From assembly GCA_965112735.1 (NCBI GenBank), contig OZ218960.1, positions 1,364,001 through 1,428,000 on the forward strand: DNA of 64,000 nucleotides. Reading direction: 5' to 3'. The stretch comes from Phaeosaccion multiseriatum (lineage: Eukaryota; Protista; Ochrophyta, other classes). A model generated the notes under the pieces. That model did not search any database, had not been told where the DNA came from, and saw only the letters and a program-made list of their open reading frames with translations. Below, one piece after another: positions 39,952 to 53,079 of the stretch (the stretch's first letter is position 1; the number at the start of each line of letters is the position of its first letter). The translations under genes were made by a program, and so were the position numbers.

Positions 39952-40617
39952 TCTGGTCGCGGCCCCTACGCACAGCCCACGTACCGTTTGCAAAGACCTC
40001 TCGTGCGCCTCGTCCAGGATGATGACGCCGTAGCGGCTCAGCAGCGGGTCCGTCATGGCCTCTCGCAGCAGCACACCGTCGGTCATGAATTTCACGCCCG
40101 TCTTGGGGGTGCAGCACTCCTCGAAGCGGACGCTGTAGCCCACCGAGTTGCCGAGGAGGGAGCCCTGCTCCTCCGCGACGCGCCGGGCCACGGTGATGGC
40201 GGCGACACGGCGCGGCTGAGTGCAGGCAATGCAGAGCCTACGGTGCTGCTGCTGCTTGTCCTGTTGCCTATCCTGTTGCTTCTTCTGCTTTTGAATTATG
40301 CCAAGGCCAGCCTCGTACAGGAATTGCGGTATTTGGGTCGACTTTCCGCTCCCTGTCTCCCCCACTACAATGGTGGTCTGATGTGTCTTGACGGCCTCGA
40401 CGATGTCGTTGCGGTGGGTCCAGATGGGCAGTTTCCGCCTCACATCCTGGTGCTGGCGAGCAACTCTCCCGCCCCCTCCATCCCCTGCTGCCCCTTCTGC
40501 TCCTCCTTTCCCCACCCTCCACTGCTGTGTCCACTCAGTGGAGGGCCCTCTCTCTCGCTGCTGCTTCCCTCGCTGCTGCTGCTGTCCTGAGGCCTCGCCA
40601 TTTCGCTGCCGCTTCAT
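34251..40617 (-). CDS. DHX33: DEAH-box RNA helicase, DHX33-like, about 13 exons
   Basis: [69 protein letters not shown]2 ([11 protein letters not shown]) and OB-fold ([20 protein letters not shown]); the short N-terminus fits DHX33/35 better than Prp22; orthology is inference. Confidence 0.85.
35165..35500. repeat. Composite (CTCA)n / CCCTTCCTCACCGCTAACC minisatellite in a helicase intron
   Basis: Directly visible. Confidence 0.85.
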
Positions 40618-40952
40618 CCTCAGTCCCCTAATAGGAATACTAACTGACCTAATAGGAATGGGGATACATCTTCGCGGCCTCTTCATCCAGGCCAAGTCAC
40701 AGAACACTAAAGAAAGAAAGTCGCCCTCTGATTTTTCCCCTTTCTTCCCTCTCTATATACCCACTCCGAGCCCGTGCGGGCTAAAGGATCGAGGAGCGAG
40801 CGCTTCAACGAGGTTGACATCGTCCTTTCCCTCCCGCTGCTTCTTCCTCCCCCCTCCTTTCTACTTCCCCCTATACGTTTGGTTTCCACAGATGCTCACC
40901 GACTCCAGCGGACCTCTACTAAGAGCAACAAGGGCGCCCACTTGACAGCACA

Positions 40953-41747
40953 ATGGAAACGAGGCTGCAGCGGAGAAGGAGGGCGTCGGGACTTGGGGGG
41001 GGCGGGGCGCGTGAGTCTGCACGTAGAATGCGAGCGAGACGTACCGGAGGTGGTGCCAGTTCTACGACTTCAGATGAAGGTGAATTTGAAGCTTGCCACG
41101 AGGCATTGGCAAAGCTCGAGCTGCTCAGGCTCGTCTTGGGGTATGTGGGGCAGGGGCACTTCTGCTTCGTGGCTGGTGTGTGCAAGCAGTGGAAGGCGAG
41201 CTACACCGCGTTGTATCCGACAGCGGAGACAGCATACTCACATGTGGTCAGCTCTGTGGAGTGTATGAACTGGGCGACAAGTCAGCAGGACCTCGAGCTA
41301 AGTGTGGAGCTTTTCAAGGCTGCTGCCCAGCACGGAGATGTCGAGGTATGCAAGGCCCTCCACGGGAATAGCTGCCCCTGGGATGAAAGTGTGTGTGATG
41401 CAACACTGGAGAACAGAAAGCATGGCCTGAGAGTACTGACGTGGCTGCGCTCGGAGGACCTTCCCGGCAAGGCGCAGTGTCCATGGGACGGTAACGGTGA
41501 CCCAATGTGTCGCTGGGCCGCAGTGAAGGGGCAATTGGAGATGCGCAAGTGGCTCATGTCGGACGACGGTACTGCAGACCTTGATAGTGAGTCACCACGT
41601 ACAGGAGAGACTCACAACCCCGTCGTGGAATGGCTTCTCGAGTCGAGAGACATGCTGGACGAGAATGAATACGGCCTATGGCGGAATGCTGCTTGCTTTG
41701 CCGCCGGAGCAGGCCTCGAGGTGCTGGAATTCCTCGACACCCATTGA
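40953..41747 (+). CDS. Intronless ankyrin-like protein (F-box-like N-terminus plus 'CPWD' repeats), possibly C-terminally truncated
   Basis: LRLVLGYVGQGHFCFVAGVCKQWKASY, AAAQHGDVEVCKALHGNSCPWDESVC, CPWD..CRWAAVKGQLEMRKWL; stops mid-repeat at LEVLEFLDTH. Confidence 0.75.
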   Translation: METRLQRRRRASGLGGGGARESARRMRARRTGGGASSTTSDEGEFEACHEALAKLELLRLVLGYVGQGHFCFVAGVCKQWKASYTALYPTAETAYSHVVSSVECMNWATSQQDLELSVELFKAAAQHGDVEVCKALHGNSCPWDESVCDATLENRKHGLRVLTWLRSEDLPGKAQCPWDGNGDPMCRWAAVKGQLEMRKWLMSDDGTADLDSESPRTGETHNPVVEWLLESRDMLDENEYGLWRNAACFAAGAGLEVLEFLDTH

Positions 41748-42062
41748 ATGCTCGCCGTCCTCTTTGACGGGCATGGTCAGGGCTCTGTCTGTATGTAAGT
41801 GTAAATGTGTGTGTATATATGCGGCATGATAACAAATGGCAAAAGCCTTGCTAGGCTCCCTGCTTCGGTCCTCGGGAAAAGAGGACGGAGAGGGGGCGAC
41901 ATCGACTTGTGTGTACAATGTAGATAAAAGTAGGGAGTGTGAGCACATGGCACACACAGAGCGCCCCAACAGTCTGAATTCAGGGGGGCAAGAAAGAACA
42001 AGAACAATCAATCTATGTATCCCATCTATCCGCGTATCTTCCATCTTCCTATCTTGGTAGTC

Positions 42063-42567
42063 TCACCGCCTCCGATCGAGAAGCTTAGGGAACTTCCTGG
42101 CCAACTGGGCGTGGTGCCTCTCCGCCTGCTTCTGCGCAAGGTCAAGTACCGCGATCTCGGCCTTGATGTCGGTCTGCTGCTGCTCGCCACGAGCTGTAGG
42201 CTTCGGTCTGTGACGAGCTCTGGTAGCAGCAGTAGAAGTAGTAGTGTCGTCTCGACAGCTGCTGCTGCTGCTTCCCCTCCTGCCCCTCGCCACACCCCTA
42301 CCCCCTCCTCCTCCTCCTGCACCAAGGTCAATGCCACCCCCGAAACCGCCGAAACCGCCACCGCGAGACTGCTGCAAGAAGTCCTCCAGACTCTCCTCAT
42401 CGAAGCCACCGAGACGTGCGCCATGCAGCTGAAGTATATGCAAGTCTTGTTCAGAGAATCCCCCTTCTTGGTCCTGCGGTCGGGGGGAGGGGGGGGGGGG
42501 GTGAGTGATATGGGACGGATGAACGGGTGCGGGATGTGTGTGTGTGTGTGTGTGTGTGTGGTGCGGG

Positions 42568-42611
<44 letters not shown>

Positions 42612-43547
42612 TGTGTGTGTGTGTGTGTGTGACGCCCCCCCCCCTGGGAGAGCGATCGCGTTCATGCATTCCAGCCCCCAAGCAAGCGTGACAACTCACT
42701 CACCAGTCGATTCAGCAGCTGAACACAGCCCACGATACCCCCACGAGCTGTCAATCGCACGGGGCAGCAGAGTACACTCTTGGTTCGGAAACCCGTCTTG
42801 CGATCCATCTCCGGATTGAACCGCGCGTCTTGATAGGCATCGCTGATCATGAGTGACTCCCCCGTCGTGGCCACATGGCCAGTGATGCCCTTGGTCATTG
42901 GCAAACGGACCCAAGGACTGTTGGCCTCGGCAGGCTTGAACACAAGCTCTCTGTGGGTGTAGTCGGCGAGGAAGAGCGAGCAGCGCTCACAAGGCACCAT
43001 ACCGACCACCTTGTTTGCGTGTGTGTTCAGGAGCCATGTTTGCGCATTAGTTGTGTGTGTGTGTTTGTGTTTTTGTGTGTGCGTGTGTGTGTTTGTGTTT
43101 GTTGTTTATGTGGTAAAGTTGTGTGCAGGACAGTGTTCTGGAGGAGGAGGGCACAATCATGTCAGTCACTGTGTCATGCACGCAGAAAGGAACACGCAAA
43201 AGGGGGAAACACGAAGAAGACGCAGCGAGGAAGGGCATCAATCCAGTAGGACGTGACTCCACTCGATCGTCGATGGTCTCAATCAGGCAAGCATGACATG
43301 CATGGCATGCAGACCTCCAGTGCACTCACTCACTCCAGCGAGAGGAAGCGAAAGGAAGGACGGAAGAAGCGCGTCAATATAGCCCTTGTACGTACCCCCC
43401 CTCTCCCTCTCTCTTTCCTTCCCTCTATCCCTCCCCTCCTCCCTCACCTTCTTCTTTGCCATCTTCTTCCACGCTTCGAGGTGCTGTTCAATCAGTGCCA
43501 GCCTCATGGCTCTGTCTCCGTACGCTTTGGCGGCTGCCACATCACCA

Positions 43548-43582
<35 letters not shown>

Positions 43583-44800
43583 ATCAACAACTGCTGTCGC
43601 CGCCGCATCTCCTCCTGCTCCCCCCACCCCGCCTTGACTGCCCACGGTTGTAGACCCCCTACGACTCTCTCAAGCGGTTTCCAAGCCGCCCTTTTCATGA
43701 CGAACGCCGGTCACACGACCAGCGACCCGAGTGACAGCCGTGTAGGCAATGGCCGCAGCAGCCAGCCCCATCCCTCGACCTCCTGCTCCTCCTGCCCCTC
43801 CTTCCGCCCCACTCCGAATGCCCGCGGCGCTCGGGTTGCGTATCTGCTCCCGTGGGGAAGACGGAGGGGAAGGAGTCGTGCCGTTGTGGTCCCTTCTGCT
43901 TCCCCGCCGGCCAAACGAGGTCCCTGATGCTGTTGTTGCTACTGCTGTACCGCCAACTGCTGCTGATGTCGACACCGCCGTCGGATCCCCCCCCGAGGAC
44001 ATGGAACCGGCGTCTCTAAGCAAAGCCTCCATCAACTCGTAGTCGGACTTGTCATCCAGGGCAGTCGCCAAACCAGCTGCCTCCGCCGCCGCCTCGGCTT
44101 CAGCTTCCCTCGTCGCTGCCTCGGCCTCTCTGCGTGCCTCGATGGCTGAAGCAGCCTCCCATACCCCCTGTTCCTGCTTCTGCTCGAGGGAGAGAGGAGG
44201 TTCCGTTGGCACAGCGGATGAGAGAAGCTGCGGGGCAGCAGTGGTAGCAGCAGCAGCAGAAGCAGTAGCAGTAGCAGTAGCAGCAGCGTCGGTAGGGGCG
44301 GCTTCAGCATCGGATTGCTGGATGCGAAACCCGGCTGTGGCGGCGTCCCAGCCAAAGGTGCTCTTTCCGCGAACCCGAGGAGACCCCAGCGGCCTGCTCT
44401 TCCTTTGTTGCTGCGGCTCTACCACAGCTCCTACCTCCTTCTCCGCCTCCCCCCCTCTTCCTCCTCCTCCTCCTCCTTCTGCCGTTACTGCTGCTGGTGC
44501 AGCTGCTGTTGCGGCTGCAAAGTTAATGGAGGATCTAGTCCTCATCGACGCAGTAACTCCCGCCCTGCCAGGCTCCCGTTCTGTGGGGGCGAACGCAGCA
44601 GATGCCCGGCGCCACTGCTGGCCACCCCGATTGACCGCGATCGCCATCTGTTTGGCTCTCTCTCGAGCATCTCCCTCCACCTCTCTCCCTCCTCCTGCTG
44701 GTGGGAGAACCTGCTGCCGACAAATTCCTTGTGGGGCTGCAAAGCTGTGCTTCCTGCTGCTGGTGCCGTCGCTGGGCCTTTGCGGTGCTACACCAAACAT
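42063..44800 (-). CDS. Stand-alone PDE-type GAF-domain protein with long disordered N-terminus; exons 44800-43448 (in-frame TGA at 43672-43670), 43009-42704, 42473-42063
   Basis: CERCSLFL.D..EL, KGITGHVATTGESLMISDAYQDARFNPEMDRKTGFRTKSVLCCP, VGCVQLLNR..FSEQDL is a canonical GAF domain; 5' extent uncertain because of the stop. Confidence 0.8.
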
Positions 44801-45061
44801 GCTCCCCCCCTATTGCTTGGAGAATCTCTGGCCCGTCCTACATCCTCGTTGGGGATGTCGAGACAGAGAACTTGTGGTGCTTCCCTTTTTGAAAATGTCT
44901 TTTCTCTCTTGTAATAATGTACAGTTGTATTGTAGCTATTGTGTTGTTCCCCCGAAGTTTATATACACCTTTAAGTGCCATCTGTCTGAATCTGTGAGTG
45001 CTGATACGATGTTGAACACGCTAACGTGATTCTTAACATCTGTTCTCCGGGCAGGGACGCC

Positions 45062-47395
45062 ATGGAGAAGCAGGCTTCACAACAGGGGGCTCGTGCTTCC
45101 TCCGCTCCCGCTGCCCCCTCTGCTTCTCGGGTGATGGAAGAGGCACTATCGGTCCAAACGCGTTTAGAGGAGCTGCAGGGGGGGATGGTGGACAAGGCCA
45201 TTGCGGCGCGCGACTGCGGTGACGATGGGGGCCTTCAGACGTGCTACGATGAGCTGGAGAGAGGACTGGGCGAGATCGTGAAGGTGGTGTTCCAAGCGAC
45301 GAACGTGTTCTCCTCTTTAGCAGCTGTTGCAGGAGTGGGAGGAGGAGGACGAGGAGGACGAGGAGGACGAGCGGGGGGGGGAGGAGAAGAAGAAGCGGCA
45401 GTTGGTGATGACACTTCCGGGGAAGTGCAGCGACGCGCGATGCGTATACTGACGGCCGTGACAGATGTCCTGGCGAAAGTCATGGCGTTCGATCACGTAA
45501 GGGCCAGCACGTACGGACAGGAAATGCTGGCGGCCATCTTGCACGTTGAAGCCTCCGTCAAGGCCTGTTGCAGCAAGGCCGTCATGACAGGGGCGGGAGG
45601 TGTTGGGGAAGGTAGCACCGTACGTGACTCTTCTTATTCTTCGTCGTCTTCTTCTGCTGCTGCTGCTAGTCCCATGGGTGGTGGTGGTACAGAAGGCGCG
45701 GGTGGTGAGGGCAAGAGTGGGTGGTTCTTAGCCTCTATGGGTGTGACCCCTGAGCAACTGTCCCAGTCTACAAGCACATGGTGTGTGACGATGGTGACGG
45801 AGGCTCTGGAGAGGAGAACAACGCAAGCAGCAGCAGCGGCAGCAGGAGGAGGAGGAGGCGCGAAAGGAGAAACGGGGTCAGGGTATCGAATTAAGGCCTT
45901 CGATCGCCTCCTTGGGGAGCACGCCCAAGTCAATGCCATGGCCCACGAATTGTCCGTACAGAGGGAGATGGTGGAGGTGCTCGATCGATGCTTTCAAGTC
46001 CTGGGGGAAGGGCAAGGACCAGGAGCAGGAGTAGGAGGGGGAACCCTACTCCTTGGAGGAGCGATTGCTTGTGAAGCGGGGCGGCGACGCCGGGGTCGAA
46101 AGAGACCAAGAGCAGAGCGAACCCCCCTTGGTGGAAGGTGTCAGATGCTTCATCGGTCTGCTCCTCACCTTCATCCTCTCCCTCGTGGGCAACAGCGATG
46201 CGGTGATGATGCGACAGATGGAGAGGGTAGCGAAAGTGGCATAGACAGGGCTGCTCCTGCTCCTCCTCTCCTGCACTCTCGCTTGCCGCGTCTCCTGTCG
46301 ATGGGGTCCTTCGCCCTCTCCCAGAGCCGGGTCGAGGGCATGACGTGTCTGGCCAGAAGGGCTTCACAGGTGTCGTATCACCACCTGCTGCTCGAGCCAG
46401 AGGGGGGGGGGCTCTGTGAGAAGAAGAACAATGCCACCAACACTTCTTCTCACCACGACAAGCAGCCGCGGCAGCAGCAGGAGCAGCACCGGCAGGATGC
46501 GCCAGAGGAGGATTGCTTAAGTCAGGGGAGCCGGACGGCGTCGTGTGGGGCCATCTGGAAGGATCCCAAGCCCTTCCTCGGGCTCCTTCCCCCTCCCCCT
46601 CCCGTATCCGCGTTGTTGCTGCCTTCGTCCTCCTCCTCACCGCTGGCGGCTACTCTATCATCCACTTCATCACCGAACCCCTCAGGCGCTCTATGGCCTC
46701 GGGGCAGTGGCGAGGGAGCTTCTCCTTCTGCTTCTCATTTCCCACTTGGGGGGTTACCACCACATACTCCAGGACAAGACTGGTATCAGAACAAGAATCA
46801 GAACAAGAACAAGAACAAGAAGCCCCTACCGCTACCGCACCCTGTCGTGTGGGAGGAGATGATTTGCTCTGGCCTGAGCCGTGTGCTTTCAGGCGCGGTC
46901 TGTGGTGATGAAGGCTATGTGGGTGAGTATGCGCAGGAGGAGGAGGAGGAGGAGGAGGAGGACGAGCACGAGGAGAAGGAAGGGAAGGAGCACGAGGAGG
47001 GAGAGGAGGAGGAGGAGGAGGAGAGAGAAGAAAGTGTCGAAGGGAGAGAAGACTGGATGTCTACGAGGCAGGCGTTGGAGGCCAGCGGAGCAGTGGAGTG
47101 CATGATGAGCCCCTCCTACGTCCTGCAGCCTTTGCTTCACCTCATCGCCAGCGATATTATTGAGCAGGAGGTGCTACGACTTCCTCAGTCCCTCGGCAAG
47201 ACCAGCGCTTCTTCTTCTGCAGCGTCGACCTCCTCCTCCACCTTCTTCGCCAAGGCTGAGCAGGAGCAGTTGGTGATACGGCAGCAGCAGCAGCAGCAGC
47301 AGCAGCGCCAGCAGCACCAGCAGAAGGAGAAGAAAAAGAAGAAGAAGGAGAAGGAGCCACAAGAGGCCGTGAAGGGTGTGGCCAAGAGCACCAGT

Positions 47396-47433
<38 letters not shown>

Positions 47434-47782
47434 CAGCAGCAGCAGCAGGAAGAGGAGGAGGAGGATAGAAGGGCGGTCGATAGTCCATGGTTTCCACTCT
47501 GGGGTGCGCAGAGGCCGAGCGCTTGACTTTATGTTCGTCTTTCACGACACGCTTTTGGACAGCCTCAAGCGGCAGCAGCGCCTCCACCCGTAAGTGGACA
47601 GGGAGGGAGTGAGGGAGGATGAGAGGGAGGGATGGAGGGAGAGACGGGGTAGGGGAAAGGATAGAGGGAAGGGAGGGAGTTTCCACGTTGAAGCAGACGC
47701 TTTGTTCCCCCCGCTTTCGCTGACCTCATTTCGTGACGCTCTCTCACGCGCGTCACCTCTTCCCCCTCTTTCTGCCTGGCCA

Positions 47783-47813
<31 letters not shown>

Positions 47814-48768
47814 TTCAGAGGGGCGTTGGGTGCTGGCCTGGCGCTGCCTTTGTCGACTTGTGTGGCGGACTTCACTGCCTTAGGGGCAGAGCTGCGCGGC
47901 CTCACCGCGCTCCTCCTCGCCGCGCCGCAGGCAGGAGGGGCAGTTGGTGATACAGCAACAGCAGCTGGTGGTGGTACAGCAGCAGTTGATGTCGCATCTC
48001 TGAATGGTTCAGAGGCAGTAGCGAAGGACAGAGCTCCTCCTGCTCCTGCTCCTGCTTCTTCTCTTGATGCGGATGCTGCCGATGGTGCTGTATCACCAAC
48101 TGCGGCTGATGCTGCTTTTTGGGGTGTCGCTCGTTCGGTTGAAGGCATTTGGAAGGCGATTCACAATTTCATTTGGGATAGAGCAGAGGGTGGATCGGCC
48201 GGCCACGCGATAGGGAAGAGTGCAACGTCTACCAACCGTCATGTTGATGAAGAGGGCGCCGAGGGGGGTGGAGAGGGAGCGTCCTCGGAGGAGGAAGAGG
48301 AGGAGGAAGAGGAGGACGAGGAGGACGAGGAGAGCAGCGACGATGGTGGAGTGGAAGGAGGAGGAAGAAAAGCCTCGCACAGTGAGGATGCGTGCTGCAC
48401 GTGTTGCTGTGGGGGTCGCGTGAAGGATGGTCAAGGACAGGATGATGGAGAAGATGAAGAAGAAGAAGAGGAGGGCTCCTGCTCCGGCGGCAACGACTGT
48501 CACTGTGGTGGCGGTGACTGCCGGGCTCGAAGAACGGTCTGCCGAGGCAGCGGTGGCACTGGCGCGGGCGTGGGCGTGGGTGTGGGTGTGGGTGAGGGAG
48601 CGGGCACTGGGCAGCGAGGTGGCACAAGCATTGGACACAGGGCCCGTGTGCATCGGGAGCTGATGGCCTGGATGCACGTGCACAAGCATCGGCGCTGGAT
48701 ACACCTCGCCTGTATACAGCTCTTCCTGTCCGCGGGGTGTACCGGTGGGGGTGGCATTGTCGCATGTG

Positions 48769-48816
<48 letters not shown>

Positions 48817-49859
48817 GGAGTGACAAGCTTCGCCTCCTTGCGCGTTTCCTGGCGTGGTGTTTTGTGCCCTCTCCCTGCAAGGAGCAAGGCCAAGTGGAGA
48901 GAAGGCTCTTGCGCCTTTCCTCCTCCTCCTCCTCCTCCTCCTCCTCCTCCTCCTCCTCCCATCCACTGCCATCCTCCTCCTCCTTATCGGTCCGCGCAGA
49001 CTCTGTAGGTGACGAAACGCACATGCGGGATGCTCTCGTGGCCATAGTTGAGTCCATCAACGCAGGAAGTGGAGGTCGAATCGGGAAATGGAGAGCCGAA
49101 CCTGAGGGAGAAGAGGGGCGAGTTCAAAGGGTGCCACAGCAAGAGAAAGAGAAAGGTGCGCCTAGGAGGCTGGGGGTGGGGGGTCCTTCTCGTCCTCGTC
49201 CTCAACCTCCCCCACCGCTGTACGGCCTCAGCTGCGGAGGAGATTTGGTCTGGGCGAGTGTAACTGTAGCGATGGGACTGCGAATGGAGCTGCAACACCA
49301 ACTGCAGGAGGAGGGGCAGCAGTCGCGGCAGCAGCAGGGGGGTGGGGGGGGGGGTAGAGAGGGGGAGGGTGGGGAAGGAAAGGGAGTCAACATCGCGGAC
49401 TCCGTTTGGCCTCTCCTGCTGAGAGGCAGCGAGGAAGGCCCGCAGCTAGGGGCTAGAGACGAAGTGGGGACGGAGAAGGAGAAGAACAACAAGAGAACGA
49501 AGAGGGAGACAAGCATCAGCAACAGCGACACGAAGGCAGCACGAGCACCACCATCGCTCGAAAGGAGAGAGGAGGAGAAAGAGGATACGACACTGCGCCT
49601 TCTTCGGCGCCGGAGCCGATTGTCAGCCACGCGTCTCTTGCTGGAGCGACTCAGACAAGGGCAGGGGCAGCAGCAAGGGCATGATGATGATGATGATCAT
49701 CATCATGATGATGATGATGATGATGATGATGATAGCACTGAGGGTGGTGTTGGTGGTGGGCATGATTGGAGTGACCGCTCCTTCCGGTGGTGTGGGGGGC
49801 CAAGAGCGGCGCGGGCTTTGAAGGCGTTGCACTCTTCGCTACTCACTTGTGATGACTGA
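45062..49859 (+). CDS. Large hypothetical protein (~1520 aa); exons 45062-47589 and 47819-49859
   Basis: Two long ORFs joined in phase by CC|GTAAGT..TTCAG|A; helical-looking blocks separated by low-complexity tracts; no domain recognised. Confidence 0.7.
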
Positions 49860-49939
49860 CTGGTGACTGCACCGCCTTTTGACTTGTGACTACACTGCCG
49901 CAGCTCCTTCGATGTACACGGTGGGTGTGCCTCGGTCAA

Positions 49940-50378
49940 GGGAGGGGAGGGATGGAGGGGAGGGGTCAGAGGAAGGGAGAAAGAGAGGGAAGGGGAGGGG
50001 TCAGAGGAAGGAAGAAAGAGAGGGAAGGGGAGGGGTCAGAGGGAGGAAGAAAGAGAGGGAAGGGGAGGGGTCAGAGGAAGGAAGAAAGAGAGGGAAGGGG
50101 AGGGGTCAGAGAATGGGAGAAAGAGGGGGAAGGGAGGGGTCAGAGGAAGGAAGAAAGAGAGGGAAGGGGAGGGATCAGAGGAAGGGAGAAAGAGAGGGAA
50201 GGGGAGGGGTCAGAGGAAGGGAGAAAGAGAGGGAAGGGGAGGGGTCAGAGGAAGGAAGAAAGAGAGGGAAGGGGAGGGGTCAGAGGAAGGAAGAAAGAGA
50301 GGGAAGGGAGGGGTCAGAGGAAGGAAGAAAGAGAGGGAAGGGAGGGGTCAGAGGAAGGAAGAAAGAGAGGGAGGGAGA
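49940..50378. repeat. 35-bp purine-rich minisatellite (GGAAGGGGAGGGGTCAGAGGAAGGAAGAAAGAGAG), ~12 copies
   Basis: GTCAGAG recurs at 35-bp spacing. Confidence 0.9.
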
Positions 50379-50994
50379 TGTTCCTTGTGGTAAAACAAAA
50401 GCAACAGAACAGAACAGTGCGCTTTGTGTATAAAACATTGCTTCTCATTAGTCTACTCACTATTTTCTAAAATGGGATGGCACCATGTAAATACGTTCCA
50501 TCGCGTGTTGTGTGTACAAGCACTAAATACAAAGCAAAGCCACTGTGTGCACGCCGTAAGTCTCTCTCCCTCCCTCTCCCCTAGTTTTTGCTCGCTCGCT
50601 CGCGTGCTCCCTCCCTCCCTCTCTCTCTCTCTCTCTCGTGCTCGCTCGCTCTCTCCAAGCCCGCGCAAGCTTATCAAAAAGTTTAAACTGTAGTCAAGAG
50701 TCGCCTTTTTATCCTCCCCTCTCCCCTCCCCCTCCCCCCCCCCCGCTGCAGCCCGCTCTCCGCGCACCTTCCAGCCCGACTGCTTTGCTTTTCTCCCTTC
50801 CTTCCGACCATCGCATCGTAAGGAAACAAAAGTAGCACCAGCACCAACCCCTCTCCCACCATAAATATCTCAAACTCCAAACTCCAAAGAAACGCCCCCC
50901 CCACACCGTACCAGACTGGCTCAGTGTCTGTCGCTGACAACTCCGCCCAACCCCCCCCCCCCCCGCTCCCTCGCCCCTGCCTGAGAAAACCACC

Positions 50995-51152
50995 CGTGAT
51001 GGCTGATGGATGGCTGATAAGGGCTGGTGATGGCCGGTGATGGCCGGTGATGGCCGGTGATGGCCGGTGATGGCCGGTGATGGCTGGTGATGGCTGGTGA
51101 TGGCCGGTGATGGCTGGTGATGGCCGGTGATGGCCGGTGATGGCCGGTGATG
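50995..51152. repeat. 10-bp minisatellite TGGCYGGTGA, ~13 copies
   Basis: Directly visible. Confidence 0.9.
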
Positions 51153-51343
51153 AGTGGCTACACCAGCCCCGCACGCCTCTTCAAAAGGGGACACTTAACC
51201 CCCCCCCCCCTTCCCCACCGAAAACTATGCCAAAGCTCCTTCCCTCCTTCCCTCCTTCCCTCCGGCTGCCCCTCGTGCTACTAGTGTATCACCAGCTGCT
51301 GCATTGCATCACAACAGCAGCAGCTTGGCCCCTCCTTTCCTTT

Positions 51344-53016
51344 CTACCACGGATCCAATCCTGCCTCCCTCATCTCCCTCACCAAGTCCTCCGCCTCCCC
51401 CCGGTCAAAGTTGCCCGCCCTCTCGCACGCGGAAATCACCACTCTCGACAAGGGCTTGAGCACGTCCGGCGGGCAATGCCACTGCTGCTGCATGGCCTTG
51501 AGCAGCGAGAGAGCCTGCTGATGGTCGCCCTGGTCGGCAAACAGGACAATCAAGTGGCTGTAGCTCGGCTCAGTCGGTCGCATTCGCTGCAACGTCATCT
51601 CCTCCAGCACCGTGCGCGCAGTCGTGGTGTCTTGGGCTCGGACGCAGGCAATGAGAATGTGCTGATAAGTGGCCTCGTCTCCTCTCAACCCCTCGGCCCG
51701 CATCTCCCTCCACACCCGCAGCACCTCATCCGATCGTTCCCCTTTCCCCGCCGCGGCAATAGTCAGGCCGTAGGTGAGCGGCGTGGGCGCAATGCCTTCC
51801 GCTGCCATCCGAGCGGCCGTCGCGAGGGCTTCGTCCACAAACCCGCCCTTCCCATATGCCCCAATCAAGACCGCATAAGTGGTGTCGTGGGGCTGAACGC
51901 CAAGCTCCTTCATTCGCACCAAAACCTCCTCTGCCGATTCAAAGTGACCGGCCTCGCTGTAGGCCTGCGTGAGGCGGGTATAGTGTACAACACCGGGCAC
52001 AAACCCCCTCCCTGTCATACTTTTCAGCGTCTCCTCCGCCTCCTCAGGCCGCCCCGCCTGCGCGCAGATCTGCATCAAGTAGTTGTAGAGCCTTCCGTCC
52101 GGCTCCATCCCGTCCCGCCTCAACTCGCTCGCCAGGTAGAGCGCCTTGGAGTACTCTCCGGCGTTACCGCAGGTGCGAATCATTGTCGAATACATGTCGA
52201 ACGAGGGCTTCCGTGGGTTGTTGAGCGTTCCGCGGTCGGAGCGGATCTCGCGGAGAATGTCAAGCGCAGCGTCGTACTGTTTGTTGTGACGTGAAGGCAA
52301 TGTGTGATGTGATGTGGTGTGTTGAGTAGTGTTGAGTAGTGATGTGGTGTGTTGTGTTGTGTGGGGGGTTAGGGGTGAAGGATGGACAATGGAGGAAGCA
52401 TGGCAGAATAGCGTTCGGAAATATGCGACTACATGAGCGAACAACACGAGGAAACAAAACGTAAGGAACTTTAAGGAGAAGGAGGAGGAGGAGGAGGAGG
52501 AGGAGGAGGAGGAGGAGAGGGAGGAGGAGGAGGAGGAGGAGGAGGACGAGGAGGAGGAGGAGGAGGAGGAGGAGGAGGAGAAGGAGGAGGAGAAGGAGGA
52601 GGAGAACGGGGAGGAGGAGGAGGAGGAGGAGGGACGACATGCAGAGCAGAAGGAAGTGTAGGTTTTTCGAGTCGAGGAGCGCACCCACGCACACACGCAC
52701 GCACCCACCCACCCACCCACCCACGCACGCACCCACCCACGCACCCACCTGGTCCGTGCAGACCCACACCGTCACGAGGGCCTTGTGTGTCTCCGGCAGC
52801 GGCTCGAGACCGGCCTGTCTCATCTCGTGCAGCAGCATCAGCGCAGTCTGTAGGGCACCATCCTTCGCACACGTCAACATACACGCAGTGTAGCACATGG
52901 CGTCAGGGGCAGGGCCGTGCTCTCGCATCTCTGTGAGGAGAGAGAGAGCTTCGACGCGCATGTTGAGCCTTGCCGCAGACATGAGCGCCTTGGTGTACTT
53001 GTGGATGGGCAGGGGC

Positions 53017-53079
<63 letters not shown>

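Noticed and set aside
44049-45029. 326-aa plus-strand ORF
   Set aside because: Mirror frame of the minus-strand Ala-rich exon
49879-50470. Arg/Gly/Glu-rich ORFs
   Set aside because: Translation of the 35-bp minisatellite
51137-52294. 385-aa plus-strand ORF
   Set aside because: Antisense shadow of the GC-rich PPR exon; no motif
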